Virus record (IMG/VR): IMGVR_UViG_3300032220_000083
Location: 1-49,130 of that record
DNA: 49,130 nt
Direction: 5' to 3' (one strand)
From: a virus
Lineage: Duplodnaviria > Caudoviricetes
Positions 16,501 to 25,797 of the stretch are shown here, piece after piece. The position numbers and the translations under genes were made by a program. The first letter of the stretch is position 1, and each line of letters starts with the position of its first letter. The notes beneath the pieces are model-generated. The model saw only the letters and a program-made list of their open reading frames with translations, made no database searches and was not told the origin of the DNA.

Positions 16501-17490
16501 GAGATGGCCGCAGATGTGCATGGCAACAGGCACCTGTATGTCTTCCAAGGCGGCGATCCCCACGACTTCCTGAACCGCATTGACCCAGCGTCTGGCCTAA
16601 ACGAGAACGAGAAGTTCCGCGCAGTGCATGACTTGCTTGGTCACGCCATCTACGGCAACCAGTTTGGCCCCAAGGGTGAAGAGACTGCATGGGCCATCCA
16701 CAGCCAGATGTACAGCCCGCTGGCCCGATTGGCTATGACGGCTGAAACCCGTGGTCAGAATTCGATGGTCAACTACAGTCCATTGAACGCAAACCTGAAG
16801 GCTGAGATTGCCAAGTACGACAGTCTGGCTGACGAGGCCCGTAGAAGGGGTGACAAGGGGCTTCTGAACGAGATTAACGCGGCCAAGCGGCAAGCCTACT
16901 CTGGCTTCCAGTTCGCGCCCCAGAAGGCCGTTCTATTGCCCCCTGAGTTCTTGAGTCCCCAGTACGCTGGCGGAATGCCCGCTTACCTCGAAGCCGCAAA
17001 CCGACCTGTTAAGGGAACCGAAACCCAATCGGTTTTGACTCACTTCAGCAACGACCCCAACTTGCAGACGCTAGACCCCAAGAGGTATGGCACTGGCATC
17101 AAGGGGGCGGAGGCCGAGCGCCTGCGCGACTACGCTGGTGGCGTCAAAGACCGCTCGTACTTCTACCTTGGCGAACCCGGGACTGTGGCACCAGAGGCTG
17201 GCCTTGGCGTGAATCGCTACCGTGGCGAAGCATCCAGCCTGTACGACATCACGCAAGACCCTCTGAACTTCCAAAGACTGGCCCGCGAATCCAACCGCAC
17301 GCCATTCACGGCAAAATACAACCAAGGCATGACCTACCCCTTGCAAGACGCAAATGATGTCGAGCGTTTGGTCAAGGAGTATGGCTACCAAGGCATGGCA
17401 AATCCAAAGGCTACCAAGCCAATGGCTATCATGTTCAAAGAAACACCAGTTCGCCGCCAAGCACGCGGTGGGCTTACATTGACGAAGTGA
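13510..17490 (+). CDS. Large modular (polyvalent-like) internal virion protein with ADP-ribosyltransferase-like and metallopeptidase-like domains
   Basis: AYHAT...GWMT...A..FA...IMPVHLSIENPF...GHDGVI...E..A.F..TQIKSATGNRGTYD (ART-like); FRAVHDLLGH; second THFS...LDP..YGTG..RSYFY module; GG-containing linkers. Confidence 0.6.
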   Translation: MADPTKVIKGGLSAVRNASRAADQALEAKRLALEAANPPIKASEAYGQHEGAYMKPIFYDRMKVDLSKGKKGGPGFSGIQLVDPNYAQAKAAAGVTDQKMATRILNRNKAGVPAGAKVIWTPSVGGLEQHKSNSTMFGEFADIFANQRKNMSNEEIQKLSDRASNAVNNKGELIFPNGIDLGSRNFRQKVTTYDQRGLMADIFAGRGVGGEKGRTVPMEDLLEKNLDPNVAGAGTLDLGNRLFRLEGNVIDRPDLHSDYRKILTGEDLGVNYIPVPIRDVYSDWEAQKALDLAAQGKNRGVTLMDYTKNDPTVQLTEALLTKMQKAGQKKGGVVRSEESPQDMARFQKRYAMHKAIGGRVSSKPVHMVDGGKIAKGMMSIFDKASKAADATLASKALPAAERDANLAKMLEKSKVKNKAYHATNQDVKRFDPKADTRTENKSNIAGWMTNDPEFANDFASQKFRYWKTAHRPWEEDPNVPQGANIMPVHLSIENPFYATDLIKNLSGELNMDEAKAVAKALGVGVDELLGDIPKAIKYKSTGYEREHTPRGFDLVKSNVATDAMKRLGHDGVIAIENGSEVYAPFKETQIKSATGNRGTYDLNDPDINKAKGGRVEESPEDMARFQKRFVMHKALGGSVKKPQKFDGGGIASPEESSGPPPDRETKAGLMAEYLAKAAKEQGKEELSSLKKPRALTDLLNRGVLANNPLSAGVDLFNMGLNVVGAGSEKPFLGSEHLKELMNKTGVTSGEERPMMETALSFASPTAIIKGGMKATDAAKKAPELMKKASDAISSSKLSPLATEAKTASAGKPTGATYATKQEGPFFRVSPTTLDTSKAKNRGIREADELQGQAPLGGGAGQTGSQVPTRLADEEVARIIADPVANEPLNIAKKYTQEIQGTDFVLPQIPESSLVKQSAIGRTHQLAVDGTPEYKTAVFDAYAQQMPEVLEQAGAKNYDDLMEKAYRQLAKETDAQFQALPYNFSYHRAGEGNYNSSKEMAADVHGNRHLYVFQGGDPHDFLNRIDPASGLNENEKFRAVHDLLGHAIYGNQFGPKGEETAWAIHSQMYSPLARLAMTAETRGQNSMVNYSPLNANLKAEIAKYDSLADEARRRGDKGLLNEINAAKRQAYSGFQFAPQKAVLLPPEFLSPQYAGGMPAYLEAANRPVKGTETQSVLTHFSNDPNLQTLDPKRYGTGIKGAEAERLRDYAGGVKDRSYFYLGEPGTVAPEAGLGVNRYRGEASSLYDITQDPLNFQRLARESNRTPFTAKYNQGMTYPLQDANDVERLVKEYGYQGMANPKATKPMAIMFKETPVRRQARGGLTLTK

Positions 17491-17497
17491 GAAGACT

Positions 17498-20005
17498 ATG
17501 GCGACACAATTTCCAAACGACCCAAACGCTGACCGCTTTATCGACGGCCTGAAGATGACCGACGACGGCGGTGCTGTCGCTGACTTGGAAGAAGAGAATC
17601 AGGATGTCGAAGAGTTGGAGGATGGCTCGGCCATCGTGACGCTGGGCGAGTTCCAAGGCCCAGAAGAGAACCCAGACTTCTACGAGAACCTTGCGGAGAC
17701 CATCAACCTGTTTGACCTTGAGAAGATTGGTATGCGATACCTTGATCTGATCGAGAAAGACAAGGAAGCACGCGAGAAGCGGGACAAGCAATACGAAGAG
17801 GGTCTCAAGCGCACGGGCTTGGGCGACGACGCCCCCGGTGGGGCTAACTTCTTCGGTGCCAGCAAGGTTGTCCACCCCATCATGGCCGAAGCGTGTGTGG
17901 ATTTTGCCGCCCGCGCCATCAAGGAAATGTTCCCACCTGACGGCCCAGTGCGTACCAAGATTTTGGGCGATGTCACTGACGAGAAGACCGAGACCGCCGA
18001 GCGCAAGCGCGACTACCTCAACTGGCAGTTGACCGAGCAGATTCAAGAGTTCCGCGACGAGCAAGAGCAGTTGCTCACGCAGTTGCCCCTTGGTGGCTCA
18101 CAGTTTATGAAAATCTGGTACGACGACAAGAAGCGCCGCCCCTGCGCTGAGTTTGTACCTATCGACAACATCCTTTTGCCGTTTGCCGCTGTGAACTTCT
18201 ACACAGCCCAGCGCGTGACAGAGCAACAAGACATCACAGGTTGGGAGATGCAACAGCGCATTGACCGTGGCCTGTACCGCGACATCAGCCTGATTCGCGC
18301 ATCTGCCGAGCCAGAGCAGACAGCCGCAGAGAAGGCCAACAACAAGATCGAAGGCAAGTCGTGGGATGACAACGAAGACGGCCTGCGCCGTGTCTTCCAC
18401 ATCTACACATGGCTGTCGATTGACGACGACCCCATCACCAATGGCGACTCAGCCCCCTACATCCTGATGGTTGACGAGTTGGAGAGCAAAGTGCTTGGCC
18501 TCTACCGCAACTGGGAAGAGGGCGACGAGTCGATGGAAAAACTGGACTGGATTGTCGAGTTTAAATTCATCCCTTGGCGCGGCGCATACGCTGTTGGGCT
18601 ACCTCACCTCATCGGAGGTCTCAGCGCGGCCTTGACGGGCGCATTACGGGCCTTGCTGGACACTGCGCACATCAACAACTCGGCCACGATGCTGAAGTTG
18701 AAGGGTGCCCGCATTTCTGGCGCAAGTCAGCAGATCGAGGTGACGCAGGTGACCGAGATTGAAAGCGCCCCCGGTGTCGATGACATCCGCAAGATTGCAA
18801 TGCCTATGCCCTTCAACCCACCCTCACAGGTGCTGTTTGAGTTGCTAGGCTGGATCACCACAGCCGCCAAAGGCGTGGTCACCACCGCTGAAGAGAAGAT
18901 TGCCGACGCAAAGTCCACGATGCCAGTAGGCACCACACAGGCTTTGATCGAGCAGGGCGCGGTAGTGTTCTCCTCTATTCACGCACGCTTGCACGAGAGC
19001 CAGCGCCGAGTCATCGGCATCGTTGGCCGCTTGAACCGCTGGTATTTGGACGAGCAAAAGCGCGGCGACATGGTGGCAGAGTTGCCCATCAAGAAGGAAG
19101 ACTTCAAGCGCAACAGCGACATCGTGCCTGTAAGTGATCCCCACATTTTCTCTGAGACACAACGCGTGGCCCAGATGCAATCTGTGTTGCAGTTGTCCAC
19201 ACAGTTCCCTGCAATCTTTGACCAGCGTGCAGTCGTCAACCGAATGCTCAAGCAGTTGAAGATTCCGAATGTGAACGAGTTGATACCAAATGCCAGCAAG
19301 CCTGCGGAGATGAATGCCGCAGACGAGAATTCCGCTATGGCATTGGGCCGACCAGCCTTCGCTTACCCGCGTCAGGATCAGTTGGCTCACATTCAAGCCC
19401 ACTTGGCCTTTGCGCTTGACCCTGCTTTGGGATCAAACCGCCTGATCGCGCCCAAGTTCATCCCCAATGCACTGGAACACATCAAGCAACACATGATGCT
19501 CTGGTACACCAACCAGATGTCCACCTATGTGCAGGGCGACACTGGCGTGCAGTTTGGCAAGTACGAGGACAGCAAACTGGTCAAGCAAATCGACAACGCG
19601 GTGGCTCTGGCCTCTACGCATCTGTCGATGGACACCGAAGAGGTGTTCAAAGGCTTGTTGCCTGCGCTGGAGCAGTTGGGCCAGATGATGCAACAGTTCA
19701 AACCTGCACCACCTCCGATGGATGGCGAGGCACAGGCCGTGTTGCAGGCATCTATGGCCGAGACACAGCGCCGCGCCGCAGAAGATCAGGCACGCCTTGC
19801 CTTCGATACGCAGAAGTTCCAAGCGGAAATTGCACAGAAGGAAAAGGATCGTCAAGTCAAAATCGCGATGAACGCAGAGGACAACCTCACGACAGAGCGA
19901 ATGAAGACTGCCGATTTGACCTTAGACGAGGTCAAACTTCGACAAGAGCAGGAGCAGACTGCTGTCCAACTGCAAAACCTTACTCAACGCAACTTAGGAG
20001 AATGA
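17498..20005 (+). CDS. Portal protein (P22-like, with long helical C-terminal barrel)
   Basis: 835 aa after TerL; HPIMAEACVDF, D.LNWQLTE, LPLGGS.F.K.WYD, VGTT.ALIEQG..FS.IHARLH; coiled-coil tail. Confidence 0.88.
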   Translation: MATQFPNDPNADRFIDGLKMTDDGGAVADLEEENQDVEELEDGSAIVTLGEFQGPEENPDFYENLAETINLFDLEKIGMRYLDLIEKDKEAREKRDKQYEEGLKRTGLGDDAPGGANFFGASKVVHPIMAEACVDFAARAIKEMFPPDGPVRTKILGDVTDEKTETAERKRDYLNWQLTEQIQEFRDEQEQLLTQLPLGGSQFMKIWYDDKKRRPCAEFVPIDNILLPFAAVNFYTAQRVTEQQDITGWEMQQRIDRGLYRDISLIRASAEPEQTAAEKANNKIEGKSWDDNEDGLRRVFHIYTWLSIDDDPITNGDSAPYILMVDELESKVLGLYRNWEEGDESMEKLDWIVEFKFIPWRGAYAVGLPHLIGGLSAALTGALRALLDTAHINNSATMLKLKGARISGASQQIEVTQVTEIESAPGVDDIRKIAMPMPFNPPSQVLFELLGWITTAAKGVVTTAEEKIADAKSTMPVGTTQALIEQGAVVFSSIHARLHESQRRVIGIVGRLNRWYLDEQKRGDMVAELPIKKEDFKRNSDIVPVSDPHIFSETQRVAQMQSVLQLSTQFPAIFDQRAVVNRMLKQLKIPNVNELIPNASKPAEMNAADENSAMALGRPAFAYPRQDQLAHIQAHLAFALDPALGSNRLIAPKFIPNALEHIKQHMMLWYTNQMSTYVQGDTGVQFGKYEDSKLVKQIDNAVALASTHLSMDTEEVFKGLLPALEQLGQMMQQFKPAPPPMDGEAQAVLQASMAETQRRAAEDQARLAFDTQKFQAEIAQKEKDRQVKIAMNAEDNLTTERMKTADLTLDEVKLRQEQEQTAVQLQNLTQRNLGE

Positions 20006-20006
20006 A

Positions 20007-20186
20007 ATGGCTATCACACTAAAAGACGAGCAGTCTGAGGCAGTAAAACAGCACCACCGCAATGCGACTGGTGCATGGATTAACGGCCAGCAAATGAAAG
20101 AGGAATCAAAAGCGACGCAACCAGAGGCTAACAGCGACCACGGGAATTTCTCCCAAAACAAGGGCGTAGACAAGAGAAACGCATGA
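20007..20186 (+). CDS. Small hypothetical protein (59 aa)
   Basis: AGGAG RBS; ATGA overlap with the next gene; below the ORF-track cutoff. Confidence 0.55.
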   Translation: MAITLKDEQSEAVKQHHRNATGAWINGQQMKEESKATQPEANSDHGNFSQNKGVDKRNA

Positions 20187-20368
20187 GGTATGTCTCCGAC
20201 TTTATTGGCGCTGTAAAAGCGCGTAAAGAGGCGGTGGTGCAGGGTTTGTCAACGGGTAACGCCGCTGATTACGCCTCGTACCAGCGTCTGGTCGGGCATA
20301 TCGCAGGACTTGAGGAAGCCCTTGAAATCCTCAACAACCTTCTAAAGGAAGATAACGATGACAGATAG
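20183..20368 (+). CDS. Small head-module protein
   Basis: G.A.DY..YQ.LVG.I.GL pattern; lies between portal and GroES-like gene. Confidence 0.65.
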   Translation: MRYVSDFIGAVKARKEAVVQGLSTGNAADYASYQRLVGHIAGLEEALEILNNLLKEDNDDR

Positions 20369-20792
20369 CACGGTGGCTGGTGATTCAGCCGATTTGCGGG
20401 ATGCTTTTCCTGCTGTAGACCCCGGTGCGATACCCCTTGGCGCAAGAGTTTTAGTACAACTGCGTCGAACAAAGAAAACGGTAACGAGTGCTGGGATTAT
20501 TTTGGTCTCCGAGACCAAAGAAACCGAGAAGTGGCAGAACATGGTCGCAAAAGTGATCTCACTTGGCCCATTGGCGTTCAAGAAACGCGACACGATGGAG
20601 CCTTGGGTTGAGGGAACTTGGTGCGAGGTAGGTGATTTCATCCGCGTCCCTAAGTGGGGCGGTGATCGTTGGGAGGTTCCAGTCCCTGACGCGCATTCCG
20701 ATGATGATCCAGCCCTCTTCATGGTGTTAAATGACCATGAAGTCATCGCCAAACTTACTGGTGACCCACTTGCAATGAAGGCATTCCTATGA
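20358..20792 (+). CDS. GroES/cpn10-like co-chaperonin
   Basis: PLG.RVLV...KT.T.AGIIL mobile loop, V.SLGP.A, VGD.I...KWGG, LND.EVIA. Confidence 0.85.
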   Translation: MTDSTVAGDSADLRDAFPAVDPGAIPLGARVLVQLRRTKKTVTSAGIILVSETKETEKWQNMVAKVISLGPLAFKKRDTMEPWVEGTWCEVGDFIRVPKWGGDRWEVPVPDAHSDDDPALFMVLNDHEVIAKLTGDPLAMKAFL

Positions 20793-21772
20793 GTACCGAA
20801 ACCCAACAAGAAGTGATTGTGATTCAAGAGGAGCAAGACGGTTCTGCAACTGTTGATTTGCCCGAAAGTATCCCTTCACCAACGAGAACCCAAAACGAAG
20901 ACTCCGACGAGGCCGATGACCGTGCCAGAGAGGCCGAAATGGCCTCTGGTGGTGGCGTTGACCCTGATGCAGAGGCGCTGAGAGAGCAAAAACGCCTCAA
21001 ACGCCTCAAGCGTAAGGAGTACCACAAGCAAGTCTCGACCGAAAAAGACCATAAATTGGACTTTTTGAGCCGACAGAACCAAGAACTGATTGAAAGACTG
21101 TCAGTTTTGGAGAAAAAGTCGCACGGTAGTGACCTTGCACGCTTGAATGCGGCCAAAACAGAGAAGCACAACAAGATTTTGTTTGCAAAACAGAAAATTG
21201 CTGAAGCAACTCAGACTGGCAACGGCGAAATGCTGACTGCGGCACAGGAATTGTGGTTTGATGCTCGTAGAGAGTATGAAGCCCTTGACAATGTGATCAA
21301 GAAGGCCACCGCGCCCCAGCGTGAACGCACAATTCGCGCCCCTGACCCACAACTTCAGCGCCATGCGACCAATTGGATGCAAAACAACCAATGGTATGAC
21401 CCAAATGGCAAAGACCCAGATTCAAAGGTTGCTTTGACCATTGATCAGGCTATGGCTGAAGAGGGTTGGAACCCCAAGACGCCCCAATATTGGGAAGAAC
21501 TTGACAACCGCTTGCAAAAGTATTTGCCACACCGTTATACTGGTGATACCGATGAGAAACCGATTCGGAATTCTAGACCAAGGAATGTTGTGACGAGTTC
21601 AGGCCGCGAAAGTTCTTCGAGTAGTGCGATTGGAAAAAATCAGTTTGCGTTAACACGCGATCAAGTCCAAGCCATGAAAGATGCTGGAATGTGGGATGAC
21701 GCCGATAAACGAGCGAAGATGATTCGACGCTACGCATTGGAAGCCAAACAAAATCAAGGTTATAGGAGTTAA
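20789..21772 (+). CDS. Capsid scaffolding protein (probable)
   Basis: Acidic N-terminus, coiled coil, W...N.W, EG.NP....YWEELD.RL; upstream of capsid genes. Confidence 0.65.
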   Translation: MSTETQQEVIVIQEEQDGSATVDLPESIPSPTRTQNEDSDEADDRAREAEMASGGGVDPDAEALREQKRLKRLKRKEYHKQVSTEKDHKLDFLSRQNQELIERLSVLEKKSHGSDLARLNAAKTEKHNKILFAKQKIAEATQTGNGEMLTAAQELWFDARREYEALDNVIKKATAPQRERTIRAPDPQLQRHATNWMQNNQWYDPNGKDPDSKVALTIDQAMAEEGWNPKTPQYWEELDNRLQKYLPHRYTGDTDEKPIRNSRPRNVVTSSGRESSSSSAIGKNQFALTRDQVQAMKDAGMWDDADKRAKMIRRYALEAKQNQGYRS

Positions 21773-21776
21773 GAAA

Positions 21777-22310
21777 ATGGATTCTCGTTTAAAAAAATCT
21801 CTATCTGCTGGTGGACGCGAAAATCGCGCGAGTCTTGACAAAAGTCGAGAGGCACCAGAGGATAATTTCGTGTCAGCCGATGAACGCCGCAAGGCGTGGA
21901 AGGACGAATGGACACAAAGTGCATTGCCGTCTGTCCCTGCAATTAAGGGATGGCACCTTTGCTGGTTATCTACAACCAACAGTTATGACAGCATCGACAA
22001 GCGCATTCGTCTAGGCTATGTTCCCGTGAAAGCGGAAGAAATGCCGGGTCTGGATGGCAACAAAGTCAAGGCTGGGGAACACGCTGGATTTATTTCGTGT
22101 AATGAGATGCTCTTGTACAAAATCCCAGAGGATGTGTATCAAGATGTTATGGCTCATTTCCACCACGAAGCGCCTCTTGAGGAAGCGAACAAAATTCGCC
22201 TTCAAGCAGAGCAGGCCGTGGGACGAGATAGTTCTGGGCGCAAGTTGGGACAGGTCGAGGGCGAAGGTTTGGATGATATTGATAAACAGTTACCCGCACC
22301 AGTTTTCTGA
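21777..22310 (+). CDS. Head-module hypothetical protein
   Basis: LP.P..IKGW...W..TT, R.RLGY.PV, L.L.KIP motifs; position in head module. Confidence 0.65.
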   Translation: MDSRLKKSLSAGGRENRASLDKSREAPEDNFVSADERRKAWKDEWTQSALPSVPAIKGWHLCWLSTTNSYDSIDKRIRLGYVPVKAEEMPGLDGNKVKAGEHAGFISCNEMLLYKIPEDVYQDVMAHFHHEAPLEEANKIRLQAEQAVGRDSSGRKLGQVEGEGLDDIDKQLPAPVF

Positions 22311-22343
22311 GCGGGTTAATCTAACCAAACAAGGAGTAAGACT

Positions 22344-22916
22344 ATGTCTTCATTGAACCAGCCTTTTGGTCTGCGTCCCTCGTTCCACCCCTCTGGTCTG
22401 GATCGTGCGGTTGCGTTGGCTGATGGCATCGTTTCTGGCTATACCAGTGACATCTTGAAGGGCCAGCCCGTCAAGTTGGACACTACAGGTGTAATTCAAG
22501 CCGCCGCCGCTGGTGACGCGTTCCTCGGAGCCTTTGCTGGCTTTGAGTGGACTGACACCACTGGTCGTCGTCGTGTGAGCAATTATTTCCCTGCCAACAC
22601 TGCATATGTAACTGGCTCTGCCATTGCGTATTACTACCAAGACCCCGCTATCGTTTATGACATTCAAGCCAATGGCTCGTTGGCACAAACGACTTTAGGC
22701 GCTCAGTCTGATTTTGCCTCTATTACAGCAGGCTCCACGACCACTGGCTTGTCTCAGTGTGTCATTAGCACCTCGGTTGTTTCCGCTGGTTCTTCTGCAC
22801 AATTGAAGATTATTGGTTTGACCCCCGGCGTTGATAACGCATGGGGAGATGCATACACAGTTGTGCAAGTTCAAGTTAACGAGTCGCAATTTAACGCGTC
22901 TGTTAACGCTATCTAA
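22344..22916 (+). CDS. Capsid decoration/cement protein (probable)
   Basis: PFGLRP, I.KG.PV, DP.IVY.IQ; directly precedes the MCP. Confidence 0.6.
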   Translation: MSSLNQPFGLRPSFHPSGLDRAVALADGIVSGYTSDILKGQPVKLDTTGVIQAAAAGDAFLGAFAGFEWTDTTGRRRVSNYFPANTAYVTGSAIAYYYQDPAIVYDIQANGSLAQTTLGAQSDFASITAGSTTTGLSQCVISTSVVSAGSSAQLKIIGLTPGVDNAWGDAYTVVQVQVNESQFNASVNAI

Positions 22917-22929
22917 GGGGGACTAAAAA

Positions 22930-23844
22930 ATGGCCGCTCCAATGCGCAGTACCGACTTTCGCTCGATTGTCGAACCCATTCTGAATGAGTGTTTTGATGG
23001 TGTATACGATCAACGCACCGACGAATGGTCACGCGTCTTCACTGAACAAGAAGGCATCCCCCGTAACTACCACGAAGAGCCAGTCCTTTATGGATTTGGT
23101 GCCGCACCTCAGTTGCCTGACGGCACTCCTGTGTCGTACCAACAAGGTGGCGTGCTGTTCCTCCAGCGTTATGTCTACCAAGTCTTTGGTTTGGCATTCG
23201 CTTTGACCAAAGTTTTGGTTGAGGACGGTGACCACATCCGCATCGGTCAGGTTTACGCTCGTCACTTGGCTCAGTCATTGATTGAGACTAAAGAGACTCT
23301 GTCGGCGAACATTTTGAACCGTGCGTTCAATGCTTCGTACCCCGGCGGCGACGGCGTGGCTCTGAACAGCACTGCCCACCCAATCGTGAACGGTACATTC
23401 AGCAACCGCTTGACCACTGACGCTAACCTGTCACAGACATCGCTTGAGCAGATGCTGATTCAGATTCGTCAAGCAGTGGACAACAACCAGAAGAAGATTC
23501 GCTTGGTGCCCCGCCAGTTGGTGGTGGCCCCCGGCAATGTCTTCCAAGCGGAAGTGTTGTTGAAATCTGTTTTGCGTGCTGGCAATGCCAACAACGACAT
23601 CAACCCAGTTAAGTCTATCGGCTTGCTGGACGAAGGTGCCGCTGTTATCAGCCGTTTGACTTCAGCCACCGCATGGTGGGTGCAGACTGACGCTCCTGAA
23701 GGCATGAAGTTGCTGATGCGTCGCAAGTTGGAGAAGACGATGGAAGGCGATTTTGAGACTGACTCTATGCGCTACAAAGCGACAGAGCGTTACCAAGTCG
23801 GCTTTACCGATCCTCGTGCGATGTACGGTACGCCCGGCGTCTAA
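22930..23844 (+). CDS. Major capsid protein (HK97 fold)
   Basis: 304 aa; ETKE...ANILN.AF, GGDG.AL....HP, P.QLVV.P, GDFETD..RYKA.ERY..G..DPR..YG; followed by a hairpin. Confidence 0.88.
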   Translation: MAAPMRSTDFRSIVEPILNECFDGVYDQRTDEWSRVFTEQEGIPRNYHEEPVLYGFGAAPQLPDGTPVSYQQGGVLFLQRYVYQVFGLAFALTKVLVEDGDHIRIGQVYARHLAQSLIETKETLSANILNRAFNASYPGGDGVALNSTAHPIVNGTFSNRLTTDANLSQTSLEQMLIQIRQAVDNNQKKIRLVPRQLVVAPGNVFQAEVLLKSVLRAGNANNDINPVKSIGLLDEGAAVISRLTSATAWWVQTDAPEGMKLLMRRKLEKTMEGDFETDSMRYKATERYQVGFTDPRAMYGTPGV

Positions 23845-23850
23845 ACCCAA

Positions 23851-23870
23851 GCGGGGGCTTCGGCCCCTGC
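23851..23870 (+). terminator. UUCG hairpin after the MCP gene
   Basis: GCGGGGGC-TTCG-GCCCCTGC. Confidence 0.55.
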
Positions 23871-23889
23871 GTTACTAAGGAGCAAGACA

Positions 23890-24339
23890 ATGGCACAAAC
23901 CTATTTTGGTTCTACCCTGCGTGCAGGTTCTGGCACTTTGACTGATACTGTGGATGGCGGCTTCGTCGTTATGACACAGACAACCACCGTGACCACAGCC
24001 GCCGCAGGCACTGCTACTAGCGCAACCATCACTCTCCCTGCTTCTTCACAAATCATCAGTTTTTTTGCTGACATGGTTGTGAATGAGGCGGTGGGTGGCG
24101 GAACTGCTACAGCAATTGCAATGACTATTGGCACAGCCGCCGCAGGCACACAATATGTGTCTTCGACTGATGTGTTTGCAGGTGGCCGCGCCGCCCTAAC
24201 TTTTACAGCCGCACAGTTGCTTGCGATGAGCGACATTGGTACCAATACCTCTGTTGTGATTACGCTTGATCCTGACGGCACGATCAGCACAACTCAAGGC
24301 GTTATTCGCCTGACCGTTGTGTATGCTCAGAAAGTCTAA
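23890..24339 (+). CDS. Virion structural protein (beta-rich, capsid fibre/decoration-like)
   Basis: AAGGAG RBS; T/A/G-rich; follows the MCP. Confidence 0.6.
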   Translation: MAQTYFGSTLRAGSGTLTDTVDGGFVVMTQTTTVTTAAAGTATSATITLPASSQIISFFADMVVNEAVGGGTATAIAMTIGTAAAGTQYVSSTDVFAGGRAALTFTAAQLLAMSDIGTNTSVVITLDPDGTISTTQGVIRLTVVYAQKV

Positions 24340-24350
24340 GGAGAGCAATC

Positions 24351-25466
24351 ATGGGCCAATTCAAACCTATGGTCAAAATGATGACCACTGAACCGACCGT
24401 TGAGTTAAAACTCAAAAAGGGCGGTCATGTGAACATGAAAAAGAGCGGTAAAGCCGAGGCTGGTCACAAGAAGATGGCCGATGGTGGTGGCGCTATGGGC
24501 GCATTGGCAGGGACTCCAGCCTTGATTGGCCGTCCCGCTGTGAATGCACCTGTTCGCGCCCCCGGCAAGCCTTCGATGGCCTCGCGTCGCAAGGCGATGA
24601 TGGCAAAGCCAGCAATGGCTCCCAAAGCGCCAATTGGCAACCCTGCCATGCCTTCGACACCGATGAAAAAAGGTGGCGAGTCTAAGGCAACGCACAAGGC
24701 TGAGATGTCGAAGATGAAGGGTCTTGAAAAAGAACTGAAGTCTCACGAGTCCAAGCCTGCCAGCAAAGGCCATAAAGGTCTTGCTACTGGTGGTGTGGCA
24801 AACGGTCAAGGTGGTTACGCTAAAGGCGGCATCATCAACACCGAAGGCCAAGGCGGTGCGTATCGCAACACCAAGATGCACACAGCCAAGGCTGATCACT
24901 CACCTGCCACAACTGGCGGCGTGAAGGACGGCAATGGCGGTGGTTATGCTACTGGTGGCGTTGCAAAGGCAAACGGCGGTGGCTACCGTAAAGGTGGTTC
25001 CGCAAAAAAAGCCTACGCGACGGGGGGTACTGTTGATTCAGGCAAACCCGTCGCGATGCCCCAAGGCTCTAAAAAGCCTCCAACACCAGTAAGCATCAAT
25101 CGTCTTTCGGGTACATACAAGAGCGGTGGCAAGGTAACTCCTGCCGAAGGCCGCTTGCGTGCTAACTTTGGAGCGGAGAACGCTACGGCCATGAAAGAGG
25201 CCAAGGCTGACACCAACTTGAAGTACAGCAAGTACCAGAAGATGGCTGATGGTGGTAAGCCAGTGGATTTGTCCAAGGGTGCATACGATGCTTCTAAAAA
25301 GCACAGTATGGAACTAGAAGACGCTTTGAATCCATTGAGCATGGTGAAGGAACTGGCTGGCAAAGCAAAGGACTACTTCATGCCAAAGGGTGAAAGTGTG
25401 ACCAAGACGAAAGAGTCTGTAACGGTTGCTCCAGTGCCCAAAAAGCGTGGCGGTGGCGCTTGTTGA
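24351..25466 (+). CDS. Basic low-complexity protein with repeated xAxGG/xKxGG motifs (probable internal head protein)
   Basis: About 11 copies of LKKGG, MADGG, LATGG, YAKGG, YATGG, YRKGG, YKSGG and similar. Confidence 0.7.
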   Translation: MGQFKPMVKMMTTEPTVELKLKKGGHVNMKKSGKAEAGHKKMADGGGAMGALAGTPALIGRPAVNAPVRAPGKPSMASRRKAMMAKPAMAPKAPIGNPAMPSTPMKKGGESKATHKAEMSKMKGLEKELKSHESKPASKGHKGLATGGVANGQGGYAKGGIINTEGQGGAYRNTKMHTAKADHSPATTGGVKDGNGGGYATGGVAKANGGGYRKGGSAKKAYATGGTVDSGKPVAMPQGSKKPPTPVSINRLSGTYKSGGKVTPAEGRLRANFGAENATAMKEAKADTNLKYSKYQKMADGGKPVDLSKGAYDASKKHSMELEDALNPLSMVKELAGKAKDYFMPKGESVTKTKESVTVAPVPKKRGGGAC

Positions 25467-25470
25467 AAAC

Positions 25471-25494
25471 GAGTGGGGGCTACGGCCCCCGCTT
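25471..25494 (+). terminator. UACG (UNCG) hairpin
   Basis: GAGTGGGGGC-TACG-GCCCCCGCTT after a stop codon. Confidence 0.5.
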
Positions 25495-25510
25495 CTAATT
25501 GGAGAAGTAA

Positions 25511-25795
25511 ATGTCAACATTGACGAATGTATTTTCGGAACACAGAGATACAACGGGCGTAATTTACGCTGGTGCAACGAATCTTGCTGGGTATCAGTTA
25601 TTGACTGGCGGTACTGCTGGTGAAATTGTGTTTCGCGACGGCGGTGCATCTGGCACTGTTCGCTTGAGAGTGAACATCTCTGCTACGCCAACTAATCCCT
25701 TTTCGACGCTGTTGCCCGGGAACGGTATCCGCTTCAACACAAACATCCATGTCACCTTGCCTGCAAGTGCGGCAGTGACTATTTTCTGCGGCTAA
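25511..25795 (+). CDS. Small virion structural protein
   Basis: GGAG RBS; D.GASGT...LPG.GIRF pattern. Confidence 0.6.
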   Translation: MSTLTNVFSEHRDTTGVIYAGATNLAGYQLLTGGTAGEIVFRDGGASGTVRLRVNISATPTNPFSTLLPGNGIRFNTNIHVTLPASAAVTIFCG

Positions 25796-25797
25796 TC

